Assembly (NCBI GenBank): GCA_905331295.1
Contig: CAJNYD010000037.1
Coordinates: 1-64,000, forward strand
Length of the DNA stretch: 64,000 nt
Source of the DNA: Rotaria socialis
Taxonomy: Eukaryota
Reading direction: 5' to 3'
Shown here: piece by piece, positions 42,001 through 54,732 of the stretch
Position numbering within the stretch: position 1 is the first letter of the stretch
How the letters are laid out: every line of letters starts with the position of its first letter
The notes under the pieces: generated by a model
The model's database searches: none
Seen by the model: only the letters and a program-made list of their open reading frames with translations
Told to the model about the DNA's origin: nothing
Program-made: the position numbers and the translations under genes

Positions 42001-43629
42001 TTGATAGAAGAAGGAAAATGGTAATGAAATAAGAATAAAAGACCTGCAAATGCTAACAATTCGAAGAAGAAAAAGAAACTAATAGCTAATCTTTACGTCT
42101 TAGTAGTACACTTTATTTCGTTTATGTAATCATCCTTTTTCTCCAAATTCAAGACAATGGCTTAAATAAATACAGCAAAGAAAACAGAAGGCTTCTTTTT
42201 TTACTCGTACAGTAGCAAAATTACGTATATATCTAGTTTAAAGACATAGGTCACCGTACATATACATATTCATTAAACATATGAGATAATGAATCAGAGT
42301 GCTCGATTAAATTGTTAAAATACCTACTCGAATTAATAGATGAGTTGTTTTCATGGTTCGTGAATATGTTTTTGAAATCGGCAAAACTGTCGATAATTGC
42401 ATGCTAGCGTCAATAAGTTTATTGATCGATATTAATAATCTCGAATCGCATCATTATGGACAAAATACCAACAAGTGAAAAGTCGATTCAAGCCAAGAAA
42501 TATTAACATCAACAACAACAACAACAACGACAGCCATAACAAGGTCTACTATTCTGTCTTGTTTATCTATTTTTTAGACGTTAAAAAAATAGAGGCTTGG
42601 TAGAAACCAAAGAACGAGGCGAAGCAGAAGAAGAAGAAAACGAAGAAGGATGTGGATATACACATAGAGAAACGAGAAAAAAGATTTTCTTTATCTACGG
42701 CTTCAACTGATCGTCTTTTAGCTTGGATGCTCGACAACAGGCAATAGCAATAGAAGAGCCTTTCTGTTTTTGTCTGCCGTTAGCTACCAACATAGAAAGA
42801 AGAACGAACGCAAGAGCAGCATCTCATTAAGAACACGCGTACAAGAGATTTTTTTCTTTTCTTGTCGTCTCTATGCTCTTAACGCTCGCTTACTTGCTTG
42901 CTGCCCATGTCAATCGTTGCAGCACGGCCTTCTTTCTCTCTAAGTAACAATCTTATTCCAAGCTGTCGATATCATTGACAATTGAGAAAGGGAAAGAAAT
43001 AAACCTATAATATATATTTGTACACGAATTAAAAAAGAGAAAAGACAAATTTACTTTTACTTATTTTACATTCTTTTCTTTGATTATGAAACAATTCTAA
43101 CATATGCAAGGTTGAACGGTATCAAATACATACGTATATGTAATGGACTACGAATACTTACTTGATACTATTTGGTTTAATGCCGACTGATCGGAACCAT
43201 TTCTATGCTCTATTATTGTGCTACACGATGGCTACGACGACAACCGTTCAATCATAGAAGCGAAAATGTCGAAGCAAGATTCACAATCTATTTTTTTTTC
43301 TAGAATTCCCCATTCGTCTCCGTCTATATATACATCAGTAGAGCAAAGAGAAAAAGAAAAGTTTTCATCCTTCATCCTTCACACATCAAATCATCTATCG
43401 ATCTCTGTTTTCAAGATCAATGAGTTGTTATCTTGCCGAAACTTGGAAGATTTTTTATCGTTTCATGATTTGTTCAAAATCGGCTAGAAATTTATGTATA
43501 TTTTTTAAATAAATATAAAATTAGTATTTCATAATATAAAAAATGAATGTATAAAATGGAATGAAAATATGACTGATGTTTTTTTTTTGTGTTTTGTAAA
43601 AGTAATTCATTTGACTGAGTAAACAAAGT

Positions 43630-46316
43630 TCATGATGCACCAGCCATTACTTCATCAATGAATGATGAAAAATTGTGTACATAAGAACCCCCAAGTATAA
43701 TCCGTGCGCCTTGTTTATTCATCATATGAACATGTAATGATTCTTCATATGTTATACCACCAATCGTATAAACAATAATTTCACTTGGTCTAGAATGATT
43801 TCAAGGGAAATTTAAATGCGCATGCGTGTATACATAAGATCGATAAAATACTTTACTTGATTATCTGTCCTTGTGGCTGCAATTGATTCGCTGAATTACG
43901 ATTATTTGGATTTATTTGATCTTTGGCACTCACATTCGGATAGAATGTGTCCTTCAGTTTACCACGTAATAATTGTTCGAGTAAATCTTTTATTAATGGT
44001 ACATGTTGTGCATAGACATTATCAACTCCCTAGAAAAAAAAACAGCAGACAAATGTCAATATTTATAAAAGATTTTAAAATTCTTTTCATACTCTCAATC
44101 CTCGAATAAATTGTCGTGTTATAGCCATTGGTGTCTGAGTATTGAATAAATTAGTTTGTCGAAACTTTTGACCTCCATAGTTAAGTAAAGCTGGGATGAA
44201 CTAATCATCAGAAACAAAAATAAGAGAGAATTATATATTTATTGTTTAAGATTACACGAATATTTTTTTCGGATAATTGTCGACGATTTTGCGCTTCATT
44301 TTTAAGTGCATTCAATTCATTGTTTGATTGATGTTCATAACGTAATGCATATAAACATAAAAGTCGAAGAATATCTTCATTTCGAACTTTATCATCATGC
44401 ATTAAACGTTTGATTTTCTATTGGTAAGCATAAATTTAATTAAATATATTTTCGAAAGAACTACAAACTTGAACTATATCGTTATGGTCACTTTGACAAA
44501 CAAGATTCTGTTCTATTTCGCTAACTTCAAGTAAATTGTAGAGACCAACAAGACGTGATAATTCACTAACAATGGTCACATGCTTCGATACAGTACCAGA
44601 TAATTTTTTAAACTGTGGATATGTTTCAACAAATGTCTAAAATAATTAGAAGATTTTCATGCTATTTTCTTGTCAACTTGATTTATCTTCGATTTAGAAT
44701 TTACATATGATTTCCTTTGATGTTTTCTATTTGAACAAAAAAAAAACAAAAGAAGTGACACATTAGATTGTTGTTGCCTTTTATCTAGAATAGTATTGTT
44801 ATTATTGTCTACACTCTATTTCGCTCGATTACCGGTAATTACAGTTTTCATAAGTAATCAAAGCGTACTGATAGTTACCGAGATAGAATAGAGATCAGAA
44901 AATATAACTACCTACTAAAATTATAAACAATTTTCAGTCGGTTTAAAAATCATATCTGATGAATATTATAATAGTTACACGATAAAAGTTTATTTTGGTT
45001 TAATAATCAAACCTTCATATCACTAATTGATTCAAGTTTCGATTGATTTTTATGTTTTTCTTGAAAATCTTCCATCAATGCTTTTATATTCGTTGCTATG
45101 TCACCGAAATTACTATAGAGATTCTAGAAATATCAAAGAAGAAAAAAAAATAAACATTGGATCTATAACGAAAAATAATCCTTTACAGTTTCATAAAACT
45201 CATCATGTTCTGCATTCATTATCACTTCTTCAAGTTCTTTTTTAATTCCTGGTACTTGACTTAGATTAACACGATTATTTTTTATACCAATCAGTTCATG
45301 AACCATTGCTTGATATGTCCACTAGAAGAATATTGTTGACAACTATATGATATGAAAAAAAAAGAAAAAAATAGAATGTAACTTGATTCATCAATGGAGT
45401 TATTGCATCTTCACGTCGATCCACAATTAGAACAATTGTTTGGCTCGTATCATTAATATTTGATGTGATAGAATCGGTTTGAGTTTTCATAGTACTCTAT
45501 GAAAGACAAAGTTTTTCTTCGATGATTAGTTTTGTTTGTTAATTTACATATATTCTATCAGCAAGTGTTTGTGCCATATTTGATGACTTCTGAAAACGAA
45601 TAATTATGTTTCTACTTCTTAATGAAAATATCAATGAAACCAATCCTTGAACTGTTCGATGCAATACACTATCATTCCATTCGTAGTATTTCTAACAAAA
45701 GAAAAAATCAAAGATCAAAAACTAATTCGTGGTATGTAATTTCATTTTACGTGATACGTAGTTGGAATATTAAGTGAGTATACATGAGGGTTTATTGCTA
45801 AATAATCTGCATAAAATTCTTGTATAACTCGTACACATGCAAATTCATCGGCGTCAGCTAAAGTTTTGATAGCATTTGTTTGAATAAAGTTACTAAAATC
45901 TGGATAAAGTCCTTTGATTTCGTTTCTGACAGTCGAACAGTATCAAGAACTTACAAATATAATAACTTCCATATTTTGGATCGTGTAATTCACGTACTAA
46001 TGTTTCCAAATTTTCTTCAGTAGGTCTTATAAAACAGATAGCACTTAGAGATTTCAGTGATTTTTGTCCTGTACTATCAATACGTTCAAAAAGAAAGACT
46101 TCTTTTTGAAGAAGTTCAGATTGAGCATAGATCATACTGACAATTGAAGCCTTTGATAAAAAAAAATCATTAAGACAATATAAAAAAATGATATTGTTTC
46201 TTTTTATGACAAACCGTTTCTTTATCCATAATGAGTCCTTTTATATTATCATGACAATCTTCAATCATTCGTCTTACATAAAAACGAACAGCTTCAATAA
46301 CATTAAGATTTGCCAT
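43630..46316 (-). CDS. VPS45: Vacuolar protein sorting 45 (Sec1/Munc18 family), multi-exon
   Basis: [20 protein letters not shown]...[88 protein letters not shown]...[18 protein letters not shown] at 43630-43632. Confidence 0.95.
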
Positions 46317-48165
46317 GATACTATAAGTAAATTTTTAATTTTTTACTATTTCAAAGAGTTGATAAGAGCAAAAAAAAGAACACCTAGAGATCCACAATCT
46401 CTCAGAAAGATAGTTTGACCCAATTATAGAGAGGACTTCAACGAGGGCGCTAGCTGCATTTGCTGAAGAGATGAAATAACTGAACAAAATACTTGTATTT
46501 TAAAGTTTTTTTCCCTATAATTATATTTAGGGATTTGTTTGTATCATTCAGGGTAGAATTCTTGTATCAACACCATTCAATAAGTAATAAGGGTATCTGT
46601 CGTCAACATTTTCTCATCTGGCTTGTATCAAAAGTTACACTATTTATAGAAAACAAAATAATTGATGTCACTATTTAAATGTGTATATTATAGAAGTTAT
46701 CAAAAAAAAGAGGCTCTGTGAAAGTTGATGCCAACATTTTATTCAAAATAAAAAATTCTACTACTTACATTTGCAATTATCAACACATTTTCAAGATAAA
46801 TTTTGTAGAAGAATTCAAATACAGTATATTTTTCTAGTGTAATATCATGATCAATTTGACGGATGTTAAATATTTATATCACAATTATAGATTACGAGAA
46901 TTGATAAAACTATGCATTACATTCAAAATTTATCACAAACATTAAACAAAACTAAACCACGAGTTCTTGTGTATCAAAAATGTTTCGTTAATAGTTTTAA
47001 AACTATTATTTACTTCGTCCTTCAAAGAACATTTTAATTAACTTGCATTTTTGTTAACCAAATTTAGATAAATTAGTTTTCCTTGTTTTATTTATCGATT
47101 AAAGTTTGAAGTATATATGCATTTACTACGTGATAAATTAACACATGCTATTAGAGAATTGGAAAAAATTAAATGGAAGGTAAATATTGAACAACCAACG
47201 GATGTGACCATTTATGCCATAGCCACTCAAACCAATAGTATAGAAAAGCATAATAGAAAGTTATTCAACTATTCAGAATAAGTGAAAATACAAGTTATAG
47301 TAAGTGAAGAAAGTAAAAAGTACTACTTTATTTTAAAAGAAAAGAATGAGCAGTCGTCAATCAGTTTTCTCGTTGCGTAGAAAATTTGAAAAGATATATG
47401 TTATTAGAAGGAAAAAAAATCTTGCTAGTTAGCCATAAAATGATGAAAAAATGTAGCATGATATATAAGATATTATATTCTATAAACAACAAAAAGCGAA
47501 AACAAAATCATACTATAATAATAAGCTATGCCCGCATAATCGGTTCAAACCACAGAATAATAATCATAGGCTATTAATTAATCAAATGCTTCAATAACAA
47601 ATTAAACGATTTGTAAAAATTCACTTGATAATAATTCCAAGCCTCATTTATTCCTTTTTTTTCCTCAGAACGTAGTTTCTATGGTACAATTCAGATACGA
47701 TTAAGGAAAATCTTGCAAACCGCCGAAATATTCATAATAACTCAAAATAATGAATGCAAAAACTTAATCTTACCATAGCAATAGGGAAATCAACATCAAC
47801 GAATAAGTCACTATCTGAGTTTAGCATTGACTTACAGTTCTGCACATGATACTACCACAATGAAATTTATGTATCAAATTAATTTATTCTATTCTAATTT
47901 GGTTAAATTAAACTTCATAAATATTATAATCATTCTTATGATCTTGATCATTGGCTTTTTTTCATGAGTCGAATGATATGAAAATAGAACATCTCTCTTT
48001 TATTCATGTTAATCCATTCAATTAATTTAATATAATATAAAGTTCAAAATGCAAATAAATTGCGAAGCCAATCAAAGCTCGTATATGTTGATTATTTTCT
48101 TTATAGAAAATATTTCTGGAGAACTAATACCAAGCAATGTTATGCTAAGATATAGTTAGAACTGC

Positions 48166-49290
48166 CCCACGTCGTATAGAACGGTCCGTGAACGGCCCTA
48201 AACGCCTGAAAAACGGCAGCCGTTATGATGGTCAGCGACGAAGCACCGGAAAACGATGTGATAGGGCTAAAAACGGTGGCCTTTTATATGGTGGCTTCCG
48301 TGTGGTCGGAAACGACTACCTTTTAAGGCTAACGTTTTTTGCCGTTTTACATCTCTTTTATTTTTGGACATAAATATGGGTAAAGTGCATACTTAGACAT
48401 TGTCGTTCAGCCTATTATATTCATTTTATTTTATTTTTATTTTATTTTATTGTATTTATATTATATAACCCTTTCTTTCAGAAAAGCCCAGGTCGTTCTT
48501 CCCTACAATTGGATCCAATCGGGTCTGAAAACGGGTTACCTCAGATCTTATATGAAAACCCACGAGAATCGACGGATTCCGGGTTTTGAACCAAGATTCG
48601 GATCCATAGGACCGGAATCCGATACATATCCGATCGTATTCTACTCTGGGATCCGATACGCCAAAAAAGTCGTCTACCATAGTCAATCTCTAAGAAGCTT
48701 TTTTGCACTAAATAGAATTTTGATAATTTTTTAAAATTCTTCCGACGGATCCGTCAATAATTCCGAAACCCAGAATCCAATTGAATTTCCTCGGTTAGTA
48801 GGATGTTATAGGATCCGATAGAATTCGTCGTCGGATTAGTCGACCTAGGAGGGAATTATATTTATTTATATTATTTTATTTTTTTAGCTTACTGCATTTT
48901 ATTCTATTTATTTTATCTTATTTTAATCTATTTTATTTCACTTTTTATAATTTTAGTTCTTTTTTTATGCATTTTTGTTTTATCGTTTTATTTTTTAATT
49001 TTATTGTATTTTAGTTTGAGAAATAAAATATAAATGACCAACGTAACACTCATTTTAAACGGTGAAACGCGGCGAGATTGAGACGATAAAGGGCGAAAAT
49101 AGAGTGCGTTTATCACTCGATCTTTTTCATCGGAAATGGCCTTAAACAACGTCGTTAACGTTCCTAGGAAAAACGGTACATAATTAGAACTGACGGAAAA
49201 CGGTGAAAAACGGCGATGGTTTTTCATCGTTTAGGATGTTAATTACACCGTTTCATCCATCTTTCAGGTGGGCTTAATAATGAACTTGGG
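48166..49290. mobile_element. Probable non-autonomous CCC...GGG element with AAAACGG subterminal repeats; hosts the 48487-48849 MITE
   Basis: Begins CCCACGTCG and ends TGAACTTGGG. AAAACGG/CCGTTT repeats near both ends and TTTTA-rich arms flanking the nested MITE. TSD not recovered. Confidence 0.5.
48487..48849. mobile_element. MITE with CCCAGGTCG termini and 2-bp TSD (AG)
   Basis: AG|CCCAGGTCG ... CGACCTAGG|AG, with internal GGATCC/GAATCC repeats. Confidence 0.85.
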
Positions 49291-50853
49291 ATGTAAGTGC
49301 GCAATAAATTTTATGCCCCTTTGTGTGTTTGTGCTTCTGCTTTATACGCTCGTCTTTATAAAATTAGTTTTACGCGTCTGTATCACGACGGAAATGTCAC
49401 AACGGAAGTTTCGGCATAAAAATGACATGCGCGGAATTGGCGTGCCACGCAATATTGAAAAACCTGTTGCGGTGTTTTTTCCAAGAAGGAGAATACATCT
49501 TTTCTTATTGAACTCACGTAGAGAAATCTTTTGTTTATTTGTATAAATTTAAAGTAATACTTTATAGATTGGAGAAGTGCTATGACTCGAACTTCTTCTT
49601 CTTTTATTCAAGGGAGTGTTATCCGGAAAAATATATTTTTTTAAATGTTTCCTCCGCAGTAGATGTTATCAGATAACTACATATTCTCGGTTGAAAAACT
49701 ATGGTTTTAATTTAATTACATGTGTTGCAGGAATATGTATTTATGTATAATTTTATTAAATATTCGACCGGGTTACTTGTCCAAATTGTTCTAAATCTGT
49801 TCAGATGAACTTGATTGAATCATCTAAGTTTTTATATTAAATGGAAACATTGATTGTTCATATCCGATAATGGCATATTTTAGGTATTTCATAGAAGTAT
49901 TTATTTTGTAAAATATTATTCAATATAATCAAACAAAAAATAGTTTTACTTTGAAATATGTTCTATTTTAATGGTATATCAAGGTTTTTAATTGGATGCT
50001 GTAATAATGCCGTAGTTGTATTCAAAGTTGTACTAGACGTTATTTTATTTGAACTTGCCAGCCCATATGTATTAGTTGGACCTTCTCCTAAAATACGTGA
50101 ACAGTTATGTGAAATCAAATTTTACTCATGATCATACTTCAATATTCAATTGACCACGATATTCTATTAGAAAACGTTCTTCTGTCATCAGTTGATTGTA
50201 TGCTGCCTGACTCAGATGTATTCGACCAATCTAGAAATCAATGAATATTCTATTAACACGGTTCGATCATATTTACATTGCTAGGATCTGCGATTTCGCT
50301 TGCCTAAAAATAAAATCTATAGATGGAAATGTATAGGCATGAGAAATTTACTGTTTTAATAGTATCACCAAACAGACAATATTGGTAGTTTTTCGTACCA
50401 ATGAAACCACCTATAGCCACACCCGAATGAAATTCTAACCCATATCGTGAAAATCGCCGCGATTTTGGTGATTTTGAAAAAAATCGGCGTAAAGTGCTAA
50501 TTAATCATATTTCACAGAACAGCTAATGATTAAAACATACTTTATCGCAAATTTTGGAGACAAAAATGATTAATCGTATAATCGGTAAAAAAAATCATTG
50601 ATTAATCGCGATTAATCGGAGCTTGCGTTTTACAGGTACAAGTTTTCTGTTAAATAATCTATATTTTCACATCAAACATATATTGTACATGCATCAAATT
50701 CTTGTTTTGGAAGTATAATTATTACAGAACGAAAGTTTAAACTAATTTATTTGATGTCAGTAGCATACCATTAATTTGGTTGGACAATGATCAACGTTTA
50801 TTATATATATTAAAAAAAAACCTCATTTTATTACTGCTACTAGTGTGATAAAA

Positions 50854-52090
50854 ATGCTTCGAATTTACTCGAGTAAGATACTCTTATCTTTGCCATGAAA
50901 AACTATTCTTTTGTATTCTATAGATCATCATGCATTACGATCGATTTGTCGATCGATATCATCATTACCAAAATATGAAACATTGAAATTAAGTCAACCG
51001 AAACCACCTGTAACTCTCGTTGAATTAAATCGGCCAACTGAACTTAATGCTATGAATAAGGGATTATTCGAATAGGAAATAAAATATTCTTGTTCAAGTA
51101 TCGCTAATGAAATCATAATAAATTTATTTTTCATAGGGAATTGAAAACATGTTTTGAACAATTGAGCATTGATAAGACATGTCGAGTTGTTGTATTAACT
51201 GGTGCTGGTAAAGCATTCACTTCTGGTAAATTTCGTTTTTGTATTGAATTCATTGAAAATTTTAATTTCAAAAGGTATTGATGTTAAATATTTATCGACT
51301 GTTGCCCTTGGTGAACTCAGCCAAATCGATGATTCAGCACGAAAAGCATTACATCTTCGTCGTATGATTAAACGGACGCAATCATGTCTACGAGCAGTCG
51401 ATCAAGTTAATTCGAACTAAAGAGTATTTCATTTCGATATCAATAATTTCGATTTCTAGTGTGAAAAACCAGTCATAGCCGCTATTCATGGGCATTGTCT
51501 CGGTGCCGGTGTTGATCTATCTGTTTGTTGTGATATTCGTTATAGTTCATGTGATACAACATTTTCAATTAAAGTATTAATATTTTATTCAATATAAACG
51601 ATTGCCTATAGATATCTATCGTTTTAGGAAGTTGATATGAGCTTAGCAGCTGATGTTGGTACTTTACAGATTCTAGCAAAATCAATTACGAATCATAGTC
51701 TTTTTCGTGAATTAGTTTTTACAGCACGAACATTCGATACGAACGAAGCACAACAAATTGGACTTCTCAGGTACAAATTCGATGAGTATTTTTCAAAAAA
51801 ATAGAATTTTACTGTTCTAGTCGTGTATTCGATACTCGTGAAGCAGTCCTTCATGCAGCCATAAATTTAGCTAGTGCCATTGCAAGGAAGAGTCCTGTAG
51901 CTACCCTTGGTTCAAAAATACAGTTACATTATGCTCGTGATCATTCATCGGATGATAATTTTAATTTTGTGGTATGTCAATAGTCTAGAATTTCTCTTCA
52001 TATAATATTTTTCTTTTATATAGAGTACATGGAATAGTGGTATGTTGTTACTGAAGATATTATAAAAAGTGTTATGGCCTCATCGGTATC
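50854..52090 (+). pseudogene. ECH1: Delta3,5-Delta2,4-dienoyl-CoA isomerase (crotonase family) copy with introns, inactivated
   Basis: VELNRPTELNAMN, CRVVVLTGAGKAFTSGID, KPVIAAIHGHCLGAGVDL, IKEVDMSLAADVGTLQ, KSPVA..GSK..L.YARDHS. The intron-2 donor reads AT instead of GT (51072-51073, TAG on read-through). A 1-nt frameshift lies in the last exon and no terminal SKL is seen. Confidence 0.88.
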
Positions 52091-53180
52091 AAGTGAAAAA
52101 AGCTTGTCAGCGCAGCCTCATTGGGGCTAAAATGTGGAACTCACATATTTCAGTCAGTTAGATAATGATCAAATAGAAGTTTTATTTTTTCAGTGTAGTG
52201 AGATCATATTTTGTTCAAAAATAAGATAATAAAACCTTTTTAACATTTGAAGTGTTTATTGGATCTATCAATAGGGAATATTACTAGAGAGAACGTAAGA
52301 AAAACTTTTTATTTAAAATATTTCAGTATGCTGAAGTGTTTAGTGGTTTCATTGAGAAATATTGTGAATGATAATAGTTTAAACAGTATTTATGATATAG
52401 CTATCAATATTGTTGAGAAATTTCTATTTTTTCGTATTACCAGATGAGAAATTGATACATTTTTTCATAAACGAAAATTTGATAAAAGCTTCCCAGTGGA
52501 TGGAAAAGTTCCGAATTGTAAATACACTAAAGTGGACTCAAGCTCTAGAATAAGGTATTCGTGTGAGAAAAAAAAAGATTAAAATCTTCAGCTGTTTATT
52601 GTAGGTGGTAGAAGTAACGAATGTAATAGTAACATAAACTAGTTGCTAGCGTCTGTAGCGGTAGCATACGCTCTTTGCTAACGTCTGTAATAATAAAAAT
52701 ATATAATGTCGTAACTATGGGCTATAATAATAAAAACGACAGATTTTGATGATTAATTAGAGACTAAATCCTAATTATAATGATTTCTAATTAGTGAACC
52801 TAGATTTTGATTAGTGATGTGAGTAGTGGTGAACATAGGCAACCCATCTGTATAAGGGTGTGGGTGGTAGAACACTGCATTGTCTAAACGCCCACGCCCA
52901 TGCCCATACCCACACCCTACTTTCGACCAAATTCAAGTTTATGATTTGATTTACGTGTAAATTAAGTTAAAAGTAAATGTAAATTGGCACTCCTATTAGA
53001 AATATTTATATGTTTCGATAGAGGATGAGGAGCTCTACAAGAATATAAATATTAAAGGAAAAATTCTGGTTCTTTATTTTTAACACAAAACTTGGAAGAT
53101 ACAAGGAAGATCAATAAAATCATATGTTTCGCAACAATTAAAGAATAATAATATTTTTGACATTTAATAGAATTTTAGTA

Positions 53181-53372
53181 TTTTCAATGTTTATTTTCTT
53201 CTATTGAAGCCATTTGATTCTCAATCATTAGACAATGATTTATTAGAAAAAAACCGAATTTTAATAGAAAAAATAAAGAAATTATCATTTAATCTGTTTT
53301 TTCTTTATATCAAATCATTGTCTAATGATTGAAAATCAAATGGGTTCAATAGAAGAAAATAAACATTGAAAA
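53181..53372. repeat. Foldback inverted repeat, ~61-bp arms with a ~70-bp spacer
   Basis: TTTTCAATGTTTATTTTCTTCTATTGAAGCCATTTGATTCTCAATCATTAGACAATGATTT (53181-53241) is a near-perfect inverted copy of 53312-53372. Confidence 0.9.
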
Positions 53373-53931
53373 TTAAAGAAATATGTTTGACTTTCAGTAA
53401 TTTTAGCTAATTAACTATTTATTTATGTCTTAAAATCCAGTGTCACACAGTGCAGCTGGAACTAACCATTTAAGCAAAAATATTTCGTGAAAGCCATTCT
53501 AAGCAGATTTTATTTTTGTAAAAACTACGCAAAGTATGAAATTTTTAGTCATTATGAATAAAAAGTTGTTTAATTTACTTATAACTAATAGTCAACTCGA
53601 TACAATCATTCTGTTTAACTAGATAACGTTCTAACATTATTGAATAATACTTTCATTAAATTAATGCCAGAAGTCACTTGTGTTTCTCTGGACAGAAACT
53701 ATTTATCAACGAAATACACTTCAATATTAGAATTTTACATGCCTTTCTTCATCCAAAAGACTTATCCTTATAATTTAAATTAGAAAATGTTCCAAGTCAT
53801 TGTTTTTCAATTTTATTTTGATCGACACATAACAATTCAAAATTCTAGTTTAACAAAAAAACAACATTGACCATTTTCATTTATTGGGTTTCAAAAACAC
53901 AGCAGCAAAAACAAATCCAGTTCATGTAATA

Positions 53932-54671
53932 TTAAGTATGTTTTTGTTTCTTGGAATTTTTAGTGGCTTCTCTAAAATTCAAAATAAGTATAAGCTAATT
54001 TCCTGTACGCACCACCTTAGAAACATTTTCTCGACATCATGATTTGCTACAATGTTTGCTTTCACAGCTTCAAGTTCTTTGACTAAAGATCACAAAGCGA
54101 AAACAAATCAATATCTTCATCAATCGATCGTTGTTGAAATCACTTACAAGCTACTATCCATTTTCTTGAATTCCATGTCTAATTAGCTCGAGCTACTTGC
54201 TCCATTGATTCCCTAAATAAATGAACACATGTAATGCCAATTATCTAGCCATATGTCTCTTACGTCTTTTTTAGACAGGAATCTGGATGAAGATAAATGT
54301 CGTAGTGATTTTTTTCCAGAATATTAAAGTCGATTAACACCTCTATGAAAAAAATAAAAATCATAGATTTGATTGAGAACCGAACATTGAAAGCTTAGAT
54401 TCAATTACCTTCGAACATTTTCTTGTCAAAATGTATGTTGATCCGTTCAAGACATGCTGTTGTTATAAGATCTGTCTTTTCTTCATTCTTAAGACCTGTA
54501 ACATTTTTGGACATGTCGTCTATTATTTCTGTTAATATCTGTCAATGTATAACAAATTTATTAAACTTAGACAAAGAAAATTTTACATACTTTTAACGCA
54601 TCATCTTCTTTATTTTTATGCAATAACACTGTAGCATGTCCTATTTTCTGGTCCCATGTATCCAACGACAT
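53932..54671 (-). pseudogene. Small six-exon gene for an unknown helical (TPR-like?) protein, one premature stop
   Basis: MSLDTWDQKIGHATVLLHKNKEDDALK|ILTEIIDDMSK...LITTACLERINIHFDKKMFE|EVLIDFNILEKNHYDIYLHPDSCLKKT|ESMEQVARAN*TWNSRKWIVA|FKELEAVK...MFLR|EATKNSKKQKHT*. All junctions are GT-AG and phase-compatible. Premature TAG at 54179-54181. Confidence 0.7.
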
Positions 54672-54732
54672 TTTATAATTAATTATATAACTTAAGATCA
54701 CGAATTGAAGAAAATGTATCTGACGAATTAAA

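Noticed and set aside
46840..47260. Exon-like stretch on + (KFEVYMHLLRDKLTHAIRELEKIKWK|GTAAAT)
   Set aside because: Could be a pseudogene remnant, but I could not build a phase-consistent model or recognise a family.
48188..49227. GC-richer ORFs here and at 54944-55303 and 56434-56860
   Set aside because: They lie within MITEs and come from short internal repeats; no transposase motifs.
49353..49480. Possible Helitron-like 5' end (TCTTTATAAAATTAG...)
   Set aside because: No matching 3' hairpin plus CTRR end identified.
51072..51136. AT-AG intron in ECH1 read as a minor-class intron
   Set aside because: The donor is ATAGGA rather than ATATCC and there is no U12 branch site. A GT-to-AT mutation in a pseudogene is simpler.
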